IMG/VR virus record: IMGVR_UViG_3300017971_004103
Coordinates: 1 to 64,000 of that record
Length of the DNA stretch: 64,000 nucleotides
From: a virus
Strand: one strand, 5' to 3'
Position numbers and translations under genes: made by a program. Of this stretch, positions 9,760 to 19,812 are shown one piece after another (the first letter of the stretch is position 1; each line of letters opens with the position of its first letter). The notes beneath the pieces were generated by a model. That model had not been told where the DNA came from, ran no database searches, and saw nothing but the letters and a program-made list of their open reading frames with translations.

Positions 9760-10037
9760 AGGGAAGACGATTCAAGGAATTGATGAAAAAGAAACAAGAA
9801 AGAGAACATGAGCGCCAAGCTGTTTTTATCAAAGAGAATATAGAAGTAGTATTAGAAGATATAAGGGAATACATATCCCGTATAGACCAGGACAAGCCAA
9901 TCGAGATAGATGATTATGGCTGGCTGGCCACTTATGCGCATATGAGAGAGATCGCACTGAAAGATAACAAGGGAAAATCATGTAAAATAAGTTATCGTAT
10001 TTTTCTACAGGCAGAAATCCCACCCGAAAAATTATGA
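9756..10037 (+). CDS. hypothetical protein
   Basis: Translationally coupled ORF. Confidence 0.45.
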   Translation: MKGRRFKELMKKKQEREHERQAVFIKENIEVVLEDIREYISRIDQDKPIEIDDYGWLATYAHMREIALKDNKGKSCKISYRIFLQAEIPPEKL

Positions 10038-10480
10038 GCACTATTAATTTAAGGCCGTGCAACCCCAAATGGTATTATGCAAGAGGTGTATATCATAATG
10101 TTATGCCAATGGGGAAACGACCAAAAATAAGTGAAAGCACTATTAGATATTGCATCAGACATAAAGCTGATTGTGAATGTGATTATCCCATTGAATCAAG
10201 GTGTGTGAATTGTAAGAGTTGGATGCTGCCTATATTTCACTATGTAGAAGTCGAAGGAGAAAGGAAGCCTATATCATTATGCCCGAAATGTCAAAAAAAA
10301 TATATTTTAAGTATTTCTTTAGGCGGAACTGTGTTAAATGTTCCGCTCAGAAAACCCAAGAAACCCTTAAAATTTTGGGAGATAGGAATTTTATTATCGA
10401 AATGCATGACTGCGATGAACTCGATGGTCTCTCAGAAGCATCTTATTACAGCGTATGGTCATTTCCAACACTGGTTTTAG
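10034..10480 (+). CDS. hypothetical zinc-finger protein
   Basis: CVNC and CPKC motifs; ATGA-coupled; overlaps the next gene. Confidence 0.45.
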   Translation: MSTINLRPCNPKWYYARGVYHNVMPMGKRPKISESTIRYCIRHKADCECDYPIESRCVNCKSWMLPIFHYVEVEGERKPISLCPKCQKKYILSISLGGTVLNVPLRKPKKPLKFWEIGILLSKCMTAMNSMVSQKHLITAYGHFQHWF

Positions 10481-10611
10481 CTATGGAATATGAAAATGGT
10501 AGTCATGGCGAGACAATGCTTGGTCGATGGGTGGGAATTCTTGATATTAATAAGGTTGATGAGATATTAAAAGAACAAAATGTTGTGATTGAGAAAAAAG
10601 AGGATCAATAA
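10279..10611 (+). CDS. thioredoxin-fold protein
   Basis: CVKC and DGLSEASYYSVWSFPTLVL (cis-Pro loop). Confidence 0.65.
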   Translation: MPEMSKKIYFKYFFRRNCVKCSAQKTQETLKILGDRNFIIEMHDCDELDGLSEASYYSVWSFPTLVLAMEYENGSHGETMLGRWVGILDINKVDEILKEQNVVIEKKEDQ

Positions 10612-10615
10612 TGTC

Positions 10616-10783
10616 CTGGCCCATGTAGCAGCGGTAGAAAAGTTTTATCGTAAGTATAGGGCAATATATATTTCAATGTTAGAATTGCCCCAAAAAGATA
10701 ATATGTAATTTTATATTATCATTTTATGTAGCAAATTAAATAAACAATAAATACTAACAAGGACAACGATTAAAATGGCTAGA
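10616..10783 (+). repeat. direct repeat copy 1 (endolysin 3' remnant + leader + ATGGCTAGA start)
   Basis: Near-identical to 12896-13031 apart from an insertion of about 30 nt. Confidence 0.9.
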
Positions 10784-11203
10784 AAGAAGGTAGCAAAGAA
10801 AGTTAAGAAAAAAAAGAAGGTTGACGGGGGTTTACAAAAACAGCCAGGTTGTGCCACCATTGAAGATGTAGAAGAAGCGATAAAAAAAGCAGGGGGATTT
10901 ATTTCTATAGCAGCAAGGACTTTGGGGGTTACAAGACAAGCAATTTGGAAAAGAGTCAAGAAAAGCGCAAGGCTCAAGGAAGCCATAGATGATATAGAGG
11001 AAAAATATTTAGACCTGGCCGAATCGGAACTTGTAAAGGCAATAGACGGGGGTGAGCGTTGGGCAATTACCTTTTATCTTAGGACGAAGGGAAAGAAGAG
11101 GGGATATGTTGAGGGGCAGGAGCTTACTGGCAAGGAAGGCAAGCCACTTCCACTCCACATAACAATTGAGAGATCGGAAAGGGTGAAGGAGACAGGTGGA
11201 TAA
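10775..11203 (+). CDS. terminase small subunit-like protein 1 (Fis-type HTH)
   Basis: HTH ISIAARTLGVTRQAI, then LDLAESEL...WAITFYLRTKGKKRGYVE.QELTGKEGKPL, a typical TerS C-terminus. Confidence 0.65.
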   Translation: MARKKVAKKVKKKKKVDGGLQKQPGCATIEDVEEAIKKAGGFISIAARTLGVTRQAIWKRVKKSARLKEAIDDIEEKYLDLAESELVKAIDGGERWAITFYLRTKGKKRGYVEGQELTGKEGKPLPLHITIERSERVKETGG

Positions 11204-11288
11204 AATGGCAAATTTACACAGGAAGAACTAGCAAATATATTCGAAATAAACCAAGCAACAGCACAAAGGATTTTAGTGGGGAAAAGCC

Positions 11289-11663
11289 ATGGATACCACT
11301 AAAGAATATGTTGCCTTATGCAATTGTCCTGAGATTCAGGATGAGTGGGAGCCGAAAGTAGCAGATTATGTTGCCTTTGAGAAATATGGTTATAAGAAAG
11401 AAGGATTAATTCACCTTCCCCGTCAAGACCAGTATCAGGAGAAGCTAATTGCCCTTAGACATCCAGATCATGATCCCCAAGAAAGGTTTTGTGCATTCTA
11501 TTTATACTTGGACATGATGGATTGGTTAAGGAATGATTTGAAAAAGCCAACAATAATTGATTGTAATTCAATGGAACAACTCTGGTGTGCTTTTTACATG
11601 AAGGAAGCTCATAACAAAACATGGGACGGTGAGAAGTTTAATGGTACACAGATTCTGTCCTAA
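11289..11663 (+). CDS. hypothetical phage protein
   Basis: LPRQDQYQE...SMEQLWCAFYMKE ORF. Confidence 0.6.
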   Translation: MDTTKEYVALCNCPEIQDEWEPKVADYVAFEKYGYKKEGLIHLPRQDQYQEKLIALRHPDHDPQERFCAFYLYLDMMDWLRNDLKKPTIIDCNSMEQLWCAFYMKEAHNKTWDGEKFNGTQILS

Positions 11664-11920
11664 GTGTGGAGAAGAAATATTCGGGCATGCAAGTTGGCAT
11701 AGTTGTGACCCCAAGAAAAAGAAGGCTATGGATAAGGTTATAAATAAAATAGCGAGTGCCATTAAAAGTGGAAAGCGTAATGGAGTGAAGAGGCTTAGAA
11801 ATGGAATTTAAAATGACAGATTCTGCCGACGTCGGCAATAATGACAATGTAGCACTCCAAACAAAAACCTATGCCTGATGAGGATTTGAGATCCGAAATA
11901 GTAGTTGTACTATAGCGTAG

Positions 11921-12042
11921 GCCCACTAGAGGGGTTGTAGGTGGGACAAGGCTCCCCCTTAGTTCTGAGGGTTCAAGTTAATCTTGAGCCTTGAGAGCTA
12001 AGGCCGGCAGGGGAGATGGAGTTACCGGGTACGAAGCCCCTC
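11921..12042 (+). ncRNA. candidate structured RNA (unassigned)
   Basis: Long hairpin CCTTAGTTCTGAGGGTTCAAG/CTTGAGCCTTGAGAGCTAAGG, plus CTCCCC/GGGGAG, CCCAC/GTGGG and GAGGGG/CCCCTC pairings. Confidence 0.4.
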
Positions 12043-12403
12043 AAAAACTAAGCAATGGGGATGAAATGGTATTTTGTAAAAATTGTAAATATTATAAGCC
12101 CATTCTAGCTTGGGGTAGATCCCGCGAGATGGGAATGGATTATATTCAAAGTTGTATCTATTCTAAAAACTTATCATCCCCCGACCCAATTAGTGGTCAT
12201 ATGCGATGTGATAAAAGCCCAGAAGACATTAATAAGAAGTGTGATTGCAGTTGGTATGTAAAGAGAAAAAGTATGTGGGAAATATTTAAAATTCAAAGAA
12301 GGCGTTTTAAGTGGATGCACTCTTAACATTTACCTGCATATTATCAATCTATTTAAACCCTATGGTCATAAAGCCCGTAGGGTTTTTTAATGAGGTTTTG
12401 AAC

Positions 12404-12949
12404 ATGCTCAAGCAGGATCGCTATGATAGTTTGATTCAATTCTATACTGAAAAGCACACTGAATTTGACTGGATGCTCATCAAGGCTGTGATCAGGCGGG
12501 AAAGCAGATTCAATCGTTATGCCGAAAGCCAGGTCGGTGCAAGGGGATTAATGCAGTTGATGTCTGGGACGGCAAAAGATATGGGCATGGTAAAGGATGA
12601 AGAAAGATTCGATGTGGAATGGTGCATAGATGCTGGGATTAGGTATCTATGGTTTTTATATGGCCGGTACCCTGAAATACCGGATGAGCAGGAAAGGCTT
12701 AAATTTGCCCTAGCCGCCTATAATGCTGGGCGTGGAAATATTAATAAGGCTCTTGAGATCGCTAGGGATAGAGATGGATTTCCTGCTTCATGCAAAAAAT
12801 GGAAAGCACTTGGCTCTCCCCCGGGCCGATGGCAGACATGGAAATATTCAAAGCAGTTCTTAAAAAAAGTAACAGGTGATTATTCAAAAGAAACTCTAGC
12901 CTACGTAGCGGCAATAGAAAAGTTTTATCGTAAGTATCGGGCAATATAA
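12404..12949 (+). CDS. lytic transglycosylase (SLT) endolysin
   Basis: RRESRFN...GARGLMQLM...ALAAYNAG; likely start at 12404 (GAGG SD). Confidence 0.92.
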   Translation: MLKQDRYDSLIQFYTEKHTEFDWMLIKAVIRRESRFNRYAESQVGARGLMQLMSGTAKDMGMVKDEERFDVEWCIDAGIRYLWFLYGRYPEIPDEQERLKFALAAYNAGRGNINKALEIARDRDGFPASCKKWKALGSPPGRWQTWKYSKQFLKKVTGDYSKETLAYVAAIEKFYRKYRAI

Positions 12950-13031
12950 GTTAATATGTAATTTTATATTATCACTTATTTGGCAAATTAAATAATAAAT
13001 ACCAACAAGGACAACGATTATCATGGCTAGA
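12896..13031 (+). repeat. direct repeat copy 2 (endolysin 3' end + TerS leader)
   Basis: Matches 10616-10783. Confidence 0.9.
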
Positions 13032-13475
13032 CCAAGAAAGAAATTTACAGAAAATGAAAAGAAATTAATAGTAGCCCTATACGGTGAGGGAAAAACGGAT
13101 GCCGAAATAGCTAAGTTATTGGATATACCGAGAAAAACATTTACGGACAGGCTAAAATATAATGATTTAACCGCCACTATAAAAAAAGCAAAAAAAACAC
13201 CCAATGAAATGGTTGAAGCATCTTTATTTAAGGTAGCAAATGGGTTTTTTTATGAAGAGGTGAAGGCATCACAACTTAAGGACGGAACCACTAGACAGAC
13301 CATAACCAGAAAGTATGTCTCTCCCAACGAAAGAGCATGTATGAACTGGCTATGTAATAGAGACCCCGATAGATGGAAACACATAATGAGCCTACAAATA
13401 GGTGGCGATACCGAGGGGGCACCGATAGATTTTAGAATAATCGATGCCACTAAAGGCAATGCCCTCAAGGATTAA
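13023..13475 (+). CDS. terS: terminase small subunit
   Basis: N-terminal HTH, VEASLFKVANG...ACMNWLCNRDPDRWK; overlaps TerL. Confidence 0.8.
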   Translation: MARPRKKFTENEKKLIVALYGEGKTDAEIAKLLDIPRKTFTDRLKYNDLTATIKKAKKTPNEMVEASLFKVANGFFYEEVKASQLKDGTTRQTITRKYVSPNERACMNWLCNRDPDRWKHIMSLQIGGDTEGAPIDFRIIDATKGNALKD

Positions 13476-14784
13476 AAAAGATGTTCCACTTCTACCGACA
13501 CAGAAAAAATATTATCAGGCGCCGGAGAAATATACGGCATTTTTGGGTGGGTTTGGAAGTGGGAAAACATGGGGATTTTGTGAAAAGGGACTGAGGTGTG
13601 CATTGGAAAACCCTGGTGCGCCAGGGATGCTTGCAGCTCCTACATTTGCTATGCTGCAGGAACCACTTCTAAGGACATTTTTTGAAATCCTAGATGAAAG
13701 ACAAATTAAATATGTATATCGCGGTTCTCCCCATCCTCTAGTAAGGCTTTATAATGGAAGGCATTTATCTAATGAAATCTTTTTCCGGTCTACAGATAAC
13801 CCCAATTCTTTGAGGGGGCCAAGCTTATCGTTTTTCGGAATTGATGAAGCGGCAATGGCAGATCTGCGTGCCTGGCAAATTGGTATTGCCCGGTTACGGC
13901 ACAAAAAAGCAAAGTATTTGAAGGGCTTTTTATCAACCACACCAGAGGGAACGCTACATTGGATTACAGATGAATTTGTAGACAAGTGTGAGGATGGTAA
14001 ACGAGATGGTAAGTACAAGCTTTTTACGGCAAGTAGCAGGGAAAACATATTCCTTCCCGATGATTATGTACATGATTTAGAAGAGTCGTATGACGACATA
14101 ATGGCACGGGCGTATATTGATGGTTTAATTATCAATATGACCAGTGGCCGTGCATACCATGAGTTTGGCAATCATAACATAGCAGAATTAAAGTTTGATT
14201 CCCACCTAAATCTCGGTCTTACCTGTGATTTTAATGTTCGGCCAATGGTGTGGGAAATATTTCAATATGGACACAATTATATAGAATTTATTGATGAAAT
14301 AGTCATTCCCGATAATGCGAAAACCGAGATGGCTATTAATAAGTTCTGTGACTGGTATTATGAAAAGATGAAGCCACTCGGGCTAAAGCTGCAGGTGAAT
14401 GTGTTTGGGGATGCTAGTGGTGGGCATAGGTCAACTGTTGGCGAATCAGACTATCTAATAATGAGAGATGTTTTGATTGAACGTCGCGTTCCTTATATGG
14501 GACATATACCAGGGGGAAATCCGCCAATAAAAGATAGGCTAAATTCTGTTAATGGCGCATTAAAGAACCGGGACAAAGCAACAAGAATAAAAATTGATCC
14601 GAAATGTGGAAAACTCATTAAGGATTTTCAGATAGTTGTACTTGATAAAAATGGACAAATAGATAAAAGACGACAAGAACTAACCCATGCGAGTGATGGA
14701 GCGGGTTATGCAATACACGCATTAATGCCGATAAGAAAGCCAATCATTTCTTCTCGTGGTTGGGCTTCTAGTTCGTATTGGTGA
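13444..14784 (+). CDS. terL: terminase large subunit
   Basis: Walker A GGFGSGKT, Walker B GIDEAA, STTPEG, and nuclease motifs DFNVRPM and HASDGAGY. Confidence 0.95.
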   Translation: MPLKAMPSRIKKDVPLLPTQKKYYQAPEKYTAFLGGFGSGKTWGFCEKGLRCALENPGAPGMLAAPTFAMLQEPLLRTFFEILDERQIKYVYRGSPHPLVRLYNGRHLSNEIFFRSTDNPNSLRGPSLSFFGIDEAAMADLRAWQIGIARLRHKKAKYLKGFLSTTPEGTLHWITDEFVDKCEDGKRDGKYKLFTASSRENIFLPDDYVHDLEESYDDIMARAYIDGLIINMTSGRAYHEFGNHNIAELKFDSHLNLGLTCDFNVRPMVWEIFQYGHNYIEFIDEIVIPDNAKTEMAINKFCDWYYEKMKPLGLKLQVNVFGDASGGHRSTVGESDYLIMRDVLIERRVPYMGHIPGGNPPIKDRLNSVNGALKNRDKATRIKIDPKCGKLIKDFQIVVLDKNGQIDKRRQELTHASDGAGYAIHALMPIRKPIISSRGWASSSYW

Positions 14785-14822
14785 AAACAGAACGATTGTA
14801 CGAAACAATATGTAAGGAGTGA

Positions 14823-16295
14823 GTGGAATTGGATTTTGAAGATAAGAATCTTAGTAATATAGATCGAGCTAGGATTATTGCTGACATTTATAGTTCTAGG
14901 CAATATATGGACAATATTATAATGTGCAATGATTTTTATTTAGGTGAACAAGAATCTTATCTCCCTCCCATCGGTGAGGAACCCGATGATGTATACAATA
15001 GCAGACCCAAGCTCTGGATTAATTTTACTCAACCGATTGCAGATAAAAGGGCGAGTGTTTATGAAGGACAGGCATCAAGAAAAATCGATAGTGCAGATGA
15101 TTATCAAAAGATTATGGAAGAAAAGGTGTGGGAAGGAAAACACCACGTTTTTCAGGAAATTGATTTGACGTGCGAGCTGTCCCCGTTTTGTTGTGTAAGG
15201 GTATTTTATAATAAAGAAAAAGACACAATTGAATATATTCCCTATCCCGCACAATATGTTTTCCCCTACATATCAGAAGAAACCGGAGAGATGGAATCCC
15301 TATGCCTGAGATGGGATAAGGAGATTAGAAAAAATGATGAAACGATAAAAACCGTTACATTTGAACAATGCTGGGATAAAGATGGTTGGCGCGAATATGA
15401 AGATAATGAATTAATTTCTGAACGCATCGGTGAGCATGTTTACGATACGCTACCATTTGTATTTTTCTTTAGTGATCAGCGAACCAAGTCTTATTTTATG
15501 AATCCCCCTATTTTTGATGTAGTTGAGCAAAATTTCAATATAAATTCAGTCTTGTCTGATTTGCGGTATGTCTGCCAATATCAAAGTTTTGGACAGATGG
15601 TTCTTACTGTTGATAAACTTGATGATAAAGGCAACCCCCTCAATTCGCAGGGGCAGATAGTAAATACAAGACAAATAAAGGCCGGTATCGGCAGAATTGT
15701 CTTGGCGCCCGAAGGTGGCGATGTAAAATTTATTCACCCCGATGCTGCAATAGCAGAATTAAAAGAGGTTATAGATTTTTTAATCAACAATCTTTATACA
15801 ACATCTCATGTGCCCAAGGTAACGCTTGCCCCTTCTGAGACAACCGCCTCCGGTATATCATTAATCGTTCAATGGTATCCACTGATTGGACTTCTAAATA
15901 AAAAGAGATCGAGTTTCAAGGTAAGTGAGGAGGAGCTCACAAGAATGTCTCTTTTAGTTTATGAGCGAAATCATGGGCGAACAGATAAATTAAAAGATTA
16001 TTCCTTTACTATTAATTTTGATGAAGGTTCAGTACCCAAGTCATCCGAGGAACAAATAGCTACCGATAAGTTTGAATTAGAATTAGGTGTAGTATCGGCA
16101 GTTGATATTTTAACGAGGAAAGACCCGGACTTAACGGAACAAGAGGCGGTTGCAAAGCTGAAAGAGAACGAAAAAATTAACAGGGAAATATTAAGTGTTA
16201 GATCGTCCTTATCAGAAAATGAGGAAGAGGCATTTGACAAAAGTATTGAGAAAATAAAAAACAACCGTGACATTAAAAAGAAGAGCCGAAAGTAG
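14823..16295 (+). CDS. portal protein (SPP1 gp6-like)
   Basis: 490 aa directly after TerL; DFYLGEQ, NFTQPIAD, ASGISL motifs. Confidence 0.85.
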   Translation: MELDFEDKNLSNIDRARIIADIYSSRQYMDNIIMCNDFYLGEQESYLPPIGEEPDDVYNSRPKLWINFTQPIADKRASVYEGQASRKIDSADDYQKIMEEKVWEGKHHVFQEIDLTCELSPFCCVRVFYNKEKDTIEYIPYPAQYVFPYISEETGEMESLCLRWDKEIRKNDETIKTVTFEQCWDKDGWREYEDNELISERIGEHVYDTLPFVFFFSDQRTKSYFMNPPIFDVVEQNFNINSVLSDLRYVCQYQSFGQMVLTVDKLDDKGNPLNSQGQIVNTRQIKAGIGRIVLAPEGGDVKFIHPDAAIAELKEVIDFLINNLYTTSHVPKVTLAPSETTASGISLIVQWYPLIGLLNKKRSSFKVSEEELTRMSLLVYERNHGRTDKLKDYSFTINFDEGSVPKSSEEQIATDKFELELGVVSAVDILTRKDPDLTEQEAVAKLKENEKINREILSVRSSLSENEEEAFDKSIEKIKNNRDIKKKSRK

Positions 16296-16306
16296 ATGGT
16301 GGCAAG

Positions 16307-16546
16307 ATGGATGTATGCAATGAACATTTAAAATTATCCGAGAGAATAACTAAGACTGAAACAAAGGTGGGTGTGCTTTGCGTGGATCAGACTACTATAT
16401 TTAGCAAGATCGATACGCTCACTACGAAAGTAGATGAAGCGATTCAAGCAAGACTAACAAAGGGCATTACGGCACTTATAGCGATATTATCGAGTTCGCT
16501 TGCCGGGCTTATATCATCGATAATAACAGCAATGTATGTGAGGTAA
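16307..16546 (+). CDS. small coiled-coil + C-terminal TM protein (holin-like)
   Basis: ERITKTETKV coiled coil and a C-terminal hydrophobic helix. Confidence 0.5.
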   Translation: MDVCNEHLKLSERITKTETKVGVLCVDQTTIFSKIDTLTTKVDEAIQARLTKGITALIAILSSSLAGLISSIITAMYVR

Positions 16547-16547
16547 T

Positions 16548-16629
16548 GTGGGTAATGCAGAGCTGCCACTAGAATGGGTACGTTGTTTTAAAGCTGGGCA
16601 GTCTCGGTTGAGTGCGCCCATTCACCCAC
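16548..16629 (+). ncRNA. candidate pseudoknotted RNA (unassigned)
   Basis: Nested stems GTGGGT/ACCCAC and GAATGGG/CCCATTC, crossed by GAGCTGCC/GGCAGTCTC. Confidence 0.35.
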
Positions 16630-16645
16630 GAAAAAAGGGGGATCA

Positions 16646-17017
16646 ATGACCAAAGGATATAGTCCCAAACAAAAAATATTCTTATGCTCCCTACTTAAAC
16701 AGTTGCGGGAAGGATTGAATGATTCAGAAAATCTTCGGTGGGAGCCAAGTGATCACTATAGCTACCTAGAGGTTTTTATTATCAAACCACAGCTTTTTCG
16801 AAAATATGGGCTAATGGCTATCCCCATTCTGTTTGATACTGATTTCAATATTATTTATTCTACGGGTAAATCCCCCAAATGTGTGGGTATATACATAAAA
16901 GATTATTGCAAGACAAGAAAGGCATATGATTGTCATGGAATAGGGATAGAAGAATTTTTGAAGAACGTGCTACCTCAAATCATAGCTGGATGGGAAAAGC
17001 AACTATTAAGAAAGTAA
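16646..17017 (+). CDS. hypothetical protein
   Basis: ORF track; GGGGG SD-like run. Confidence 0.5.
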   Translation: MTKGYSPKQKIFLCSLLKQLREGLNDSENLRWEPSDHYSYLEVFIIKPQLFRKYGLMAIPILFDTDFNIIYSTGKSPKCVGIYIKDYCKTRKAYDCHGIGIEEFLKNVLPQIIAGWEKQLLRK

Positions 17018-17364
17018 TTAATTCTTATCATAGAAAAAACATTGGAAGATAAAAAAACCCTTAGACCCAATTGATAGAAAATATGCTGTCAATCCTTAAA
17101 AATTCTAATGATTTGTAGCACTACATGCCTTAGAAAACTAGAAGATTGTAATCCCATATCAAATGCCATATGTGGAGAGAATACATTTATTTGTTGTGGG
17201 GAATTGGGTAAAACATCACGCACAATAAAAGAAGACAAATATCGGCTGTGTTTTGTTTCTGAAACAACAGATACAACATATGATCATAGTGAAATAGAAT
17301 TGAAATTATTATTAGCTATTATAGCAGATGCATTAGCATTGAGTTGTGATTAGGAACTTAGATA

Positions 17365-18285
17365 ATGCCCTCAATTCTTAAGATAATGGAACAAATGGCC
17401 GGTGCCCATGATGAAGCGCTGGAAAAGATTGTTGCACCCGCAGAGAGGGACTTCCTCAAAATATGCAGCAATGCAGAACGCAGAATAGCATCTGAACTGA
17501 GAAGGCTTACCAAGAATTTGTCAATGTCTTCCGGGGAGCTTGATATTCAGCTAGATATTGCCAGAACAGAGGCAACCCTGTCAAATGTGATGCGACTCCA
17601 TAATGAGCACATAGTCAATGCTGGAGTAGACTGGGCGACTGAGTATTATCCCGAAATAGTTAATCAATCCATTGAATTAATGAATGAGTTCAAATCTATA
17701 ACCGGCATATCACTGGATACATTCACCGACATTGACAAGATGCAGATCAGAACGTCTTTGGAAAGCTGGAAGGGTTCCTTAATCCAGGCTGGTGATAGTT
17801 ACAAGCAATTTGCAAGCAAAACTATTACCGAACATATTATGGCCGGTGTTGGTACCAAGGCCGATCTTATTAATAAGTTAATGGATAGTGACGGGCTCCT
17901 GCCGACGTCGAGAATGACTCGCAAGACAAGGGCGGGTTGGCAGGCACGAAACGAATTAATAAGAATCAGCCGTGAGACCAATGCCATTAAAGATAGAGAT
18001 GAGAAGTTTTTTAGGATGGCAGGGCCAGTTGACTCACGGGCAAGCAAGTTGTGTTTGCGCCATGTTGGTAGGATTTTATCTAGGAAGGAATGGTTGAAAA
18101 TTAATCCCCGTACATTTAACGAGGGGTTGCATTTTTCGTGTAGACATAAATGGTATGCAATTAGAAAAGAGTGGCTTGATGAAGATGAACAACAATCCAT
18201 GAATGGGAATAAGAGAATTCTATATAGTAAAAAAGACAGGAAATTCATTCAAGATTCAGATGTGCCAAATAATTTTCTTAAATGA
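17365..18285 (+). CDS. head morphogenesis / minor capsid protein (Mu gpF / SPP1 gp7-like)
   Basis: GPVDSRASKLC...HFSCRHKW C-terminal motif; position after the portal. Confidence 0.75.
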   Translation: MPSILKIMEQMAGAHDEALEKIVAPAERDFLKICSNAERRIASELRRLTKNLSMSSGELDIQLDIARTEATLSNVMRLHNEHIVNAGVDWATEYYPEIVNQSIELMNEFKSITGISLDTFTDIDKMQIRTSLESWKGSLIQAGDSYKQFASKTITEHIMAGVGTKADLINKLMDSDGLLPTSRMTRKTRAGWQARNELIRISRETNAIKDRDEKFFRMAGPVDSRASKLCLRHVGRILSRKEWLKINPRTFNEGLHFSCRHKWYAIRKEWLDEDEQQSMNGNKRILYSKKDRKFIQDSDVPNNFLK

Positions 18286-18526
18286 TTTTCCCGAAAATAA
18301 TGAGTTTTTTTCAGGAACACCTACTTAACAAAACTGTTAATTAGATGTTTTTCATGGAAGGCTATGGGCAGGAAAAGTAGACTGAAAAAAGAGCAAAGAG
18401 AATCACCGAAAGAAAAGGGCATCCTAGAAACATGGAAAGATGATGTCGATGCCTTAATGGTGGGAGCCGTATTTTATGTAGCACTAATTTTATTAACATC
18501 AATCTTTAGATAGAAGGAGAAAAACA

Positions 18527-18886
18527 ATGAAGAAAATTAAATCGTTAATTTTGGCAGTGGTAGGGATATTTTTGATGGTGTCCCTATGTGTTGCACTTCC
18601 TGGAATAAAGCAGTGGAAGGCCATATGGAATGCGAATACAGAATCAGATTTAGCAGGGTATAAACTTTACTATAGTTCTACAAGTGGAAGTTATACCGAT
18701 GCTAACAGCATAGACTGTGGCAACGTCACTGAATATAACTTAGATACCATTCCAAATGGTTCTTACCTGGTGCTTACTGCATATGATACCAGTGAGAATG
18801 AGGGGAATTTTTCGGGTGAAGTTTTTTTCGACAAGGACACGGTTGCTCCTGCAAGTCCTGGTGGACTGGCAATCGTGGAACAGTAA
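18527..18886 (+). CDS. fibronectin type III domain protein with signal peptide
   Basis: MKKIK + hydrophobic core; WNANTESDLAGYKLYY...TAYDTSENEG. Confidence 0.8.
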   Translation: MKKIKSLILAVVGIFLMVSLCVALPGIKQWKAIWNANTESDLAGYKLYYSSTSGSYTDANSIDCGNVTEYNLDTIPNGSYLVLTAYDTSENEGNFSGEVFFDKDTVAPASPGGLAIVEQ

Positions 18887-18960
18887 AATTTGAGTGGAAG
18901 AAAAGAAATTAAAAGAGCGGCATCTTAATGGGTGCCGCTCTTAATTTATGGGGACAAGGT

Positions 18961-19812
18961 ATGTTGTCGGTCATAATTCCGTCACGCACAGAAAGATTTT
19001 TAGATAATACAATAAGAGATGTTTTGGAAAAAGCCACTGGGAAAATAGAAGTGATACCAGTGCTTGATGGATATGAACCACCAGAACTCATTGAAGACGA
19101 AAGAGTAAAGTATTTAAGCCTTCCAAAATCCCGCAATACCCAAAAGAGACACGGCATTAATAAGGCAGTTTCTATTTGTAAGGGTGATTATGTGATGAGT
19201 CTTGATGCTCATTGCATGATGGATAAAGGATTTGATGAAAAACTAGCTGAGGCTCACCATCCCAATTGGGTACAAATCCCTCGCCGGAATAGATTGGATG
19301 CTGAAAACTGGTGTCTTCAGGATCAATGTGATGATCGTCCCCCGATTGATTATGAATATATTATGTTTGCTCCCCTAATTAAAGATCGCTCCATACACGG
19401 ATTCAAATGGGACAAAAGAACTTTAGATAGATGGGATATTCCCATTGATGATACCGTTGAATTTCAGGGTTCGTGCTGGTTTATGACCAAAGACTGGTAT
19501 CACAAAATGGGGTTTATGCAGGTCGAGGGTTATACTGGATGGGGGCAGGAGGCCGAGGAAATAAGTTTAACTACTTGGAAAAACGGCGGTGAAGTCAAGA
19601 CAAACAAAACCACTTGGTACGCACATTTGCATAAGGGTAAAAAGTACGGGCGCATGTATTGGATGAGTCGGGAAGAGTGCCGTCGCAGTTATGCTTATTC
19701 ATTTCAGAAATGGCTGATAGAAGAAAAGGAATTTTTTATTAATTTAATTGAGAGATTTTCCCCCCTCCCACAATGGCCGGAAAACTGGAAAGAAAAGCTG
19801 TGGAAACTTTAA
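18961..19812 (+). CDS. GT-A glycosyltransferase, polypeptide GalNAc-transferase-like
   Basis: LSVIIPSR, SLDAHC (DxH), FQGSCWFM, GWGQEAEEISLTTWKNGG, WYAHLHK. Confidence 0.8.
   Translation: MLSVIIPSRTERFLDNTIRDVLEKATGKIEVIPVLDGYEPPELIEDERVKYLSLPKSRNTQKRHGINKAVSICKGDYVMSLDAHCMMDKGFDEKLAEAHHPNWVQIPRRNRLDAENWCLQDQCDDRPPIDYEYIMFAPLIKDRSIHGFKWDKRTLDRWDIPIDDTVEFQGSCWFMTKDWYHKMGFMQVEGYTGWGQEAEEISLTTWKNGGEVKTNKTTWYAHLHKGKKYGRMYWMSREECRRSYAYSFQKWLIEEKEFFINLIERFSPLPQWPENWKEKLWKL

Noticed and set aside
16548-16629. Twister ribozyme (TAATGCAG start)
   Set aside because: The conserved internal loop and pseudoknot elements of twister could not be placed; kept only as an unassigned structure.
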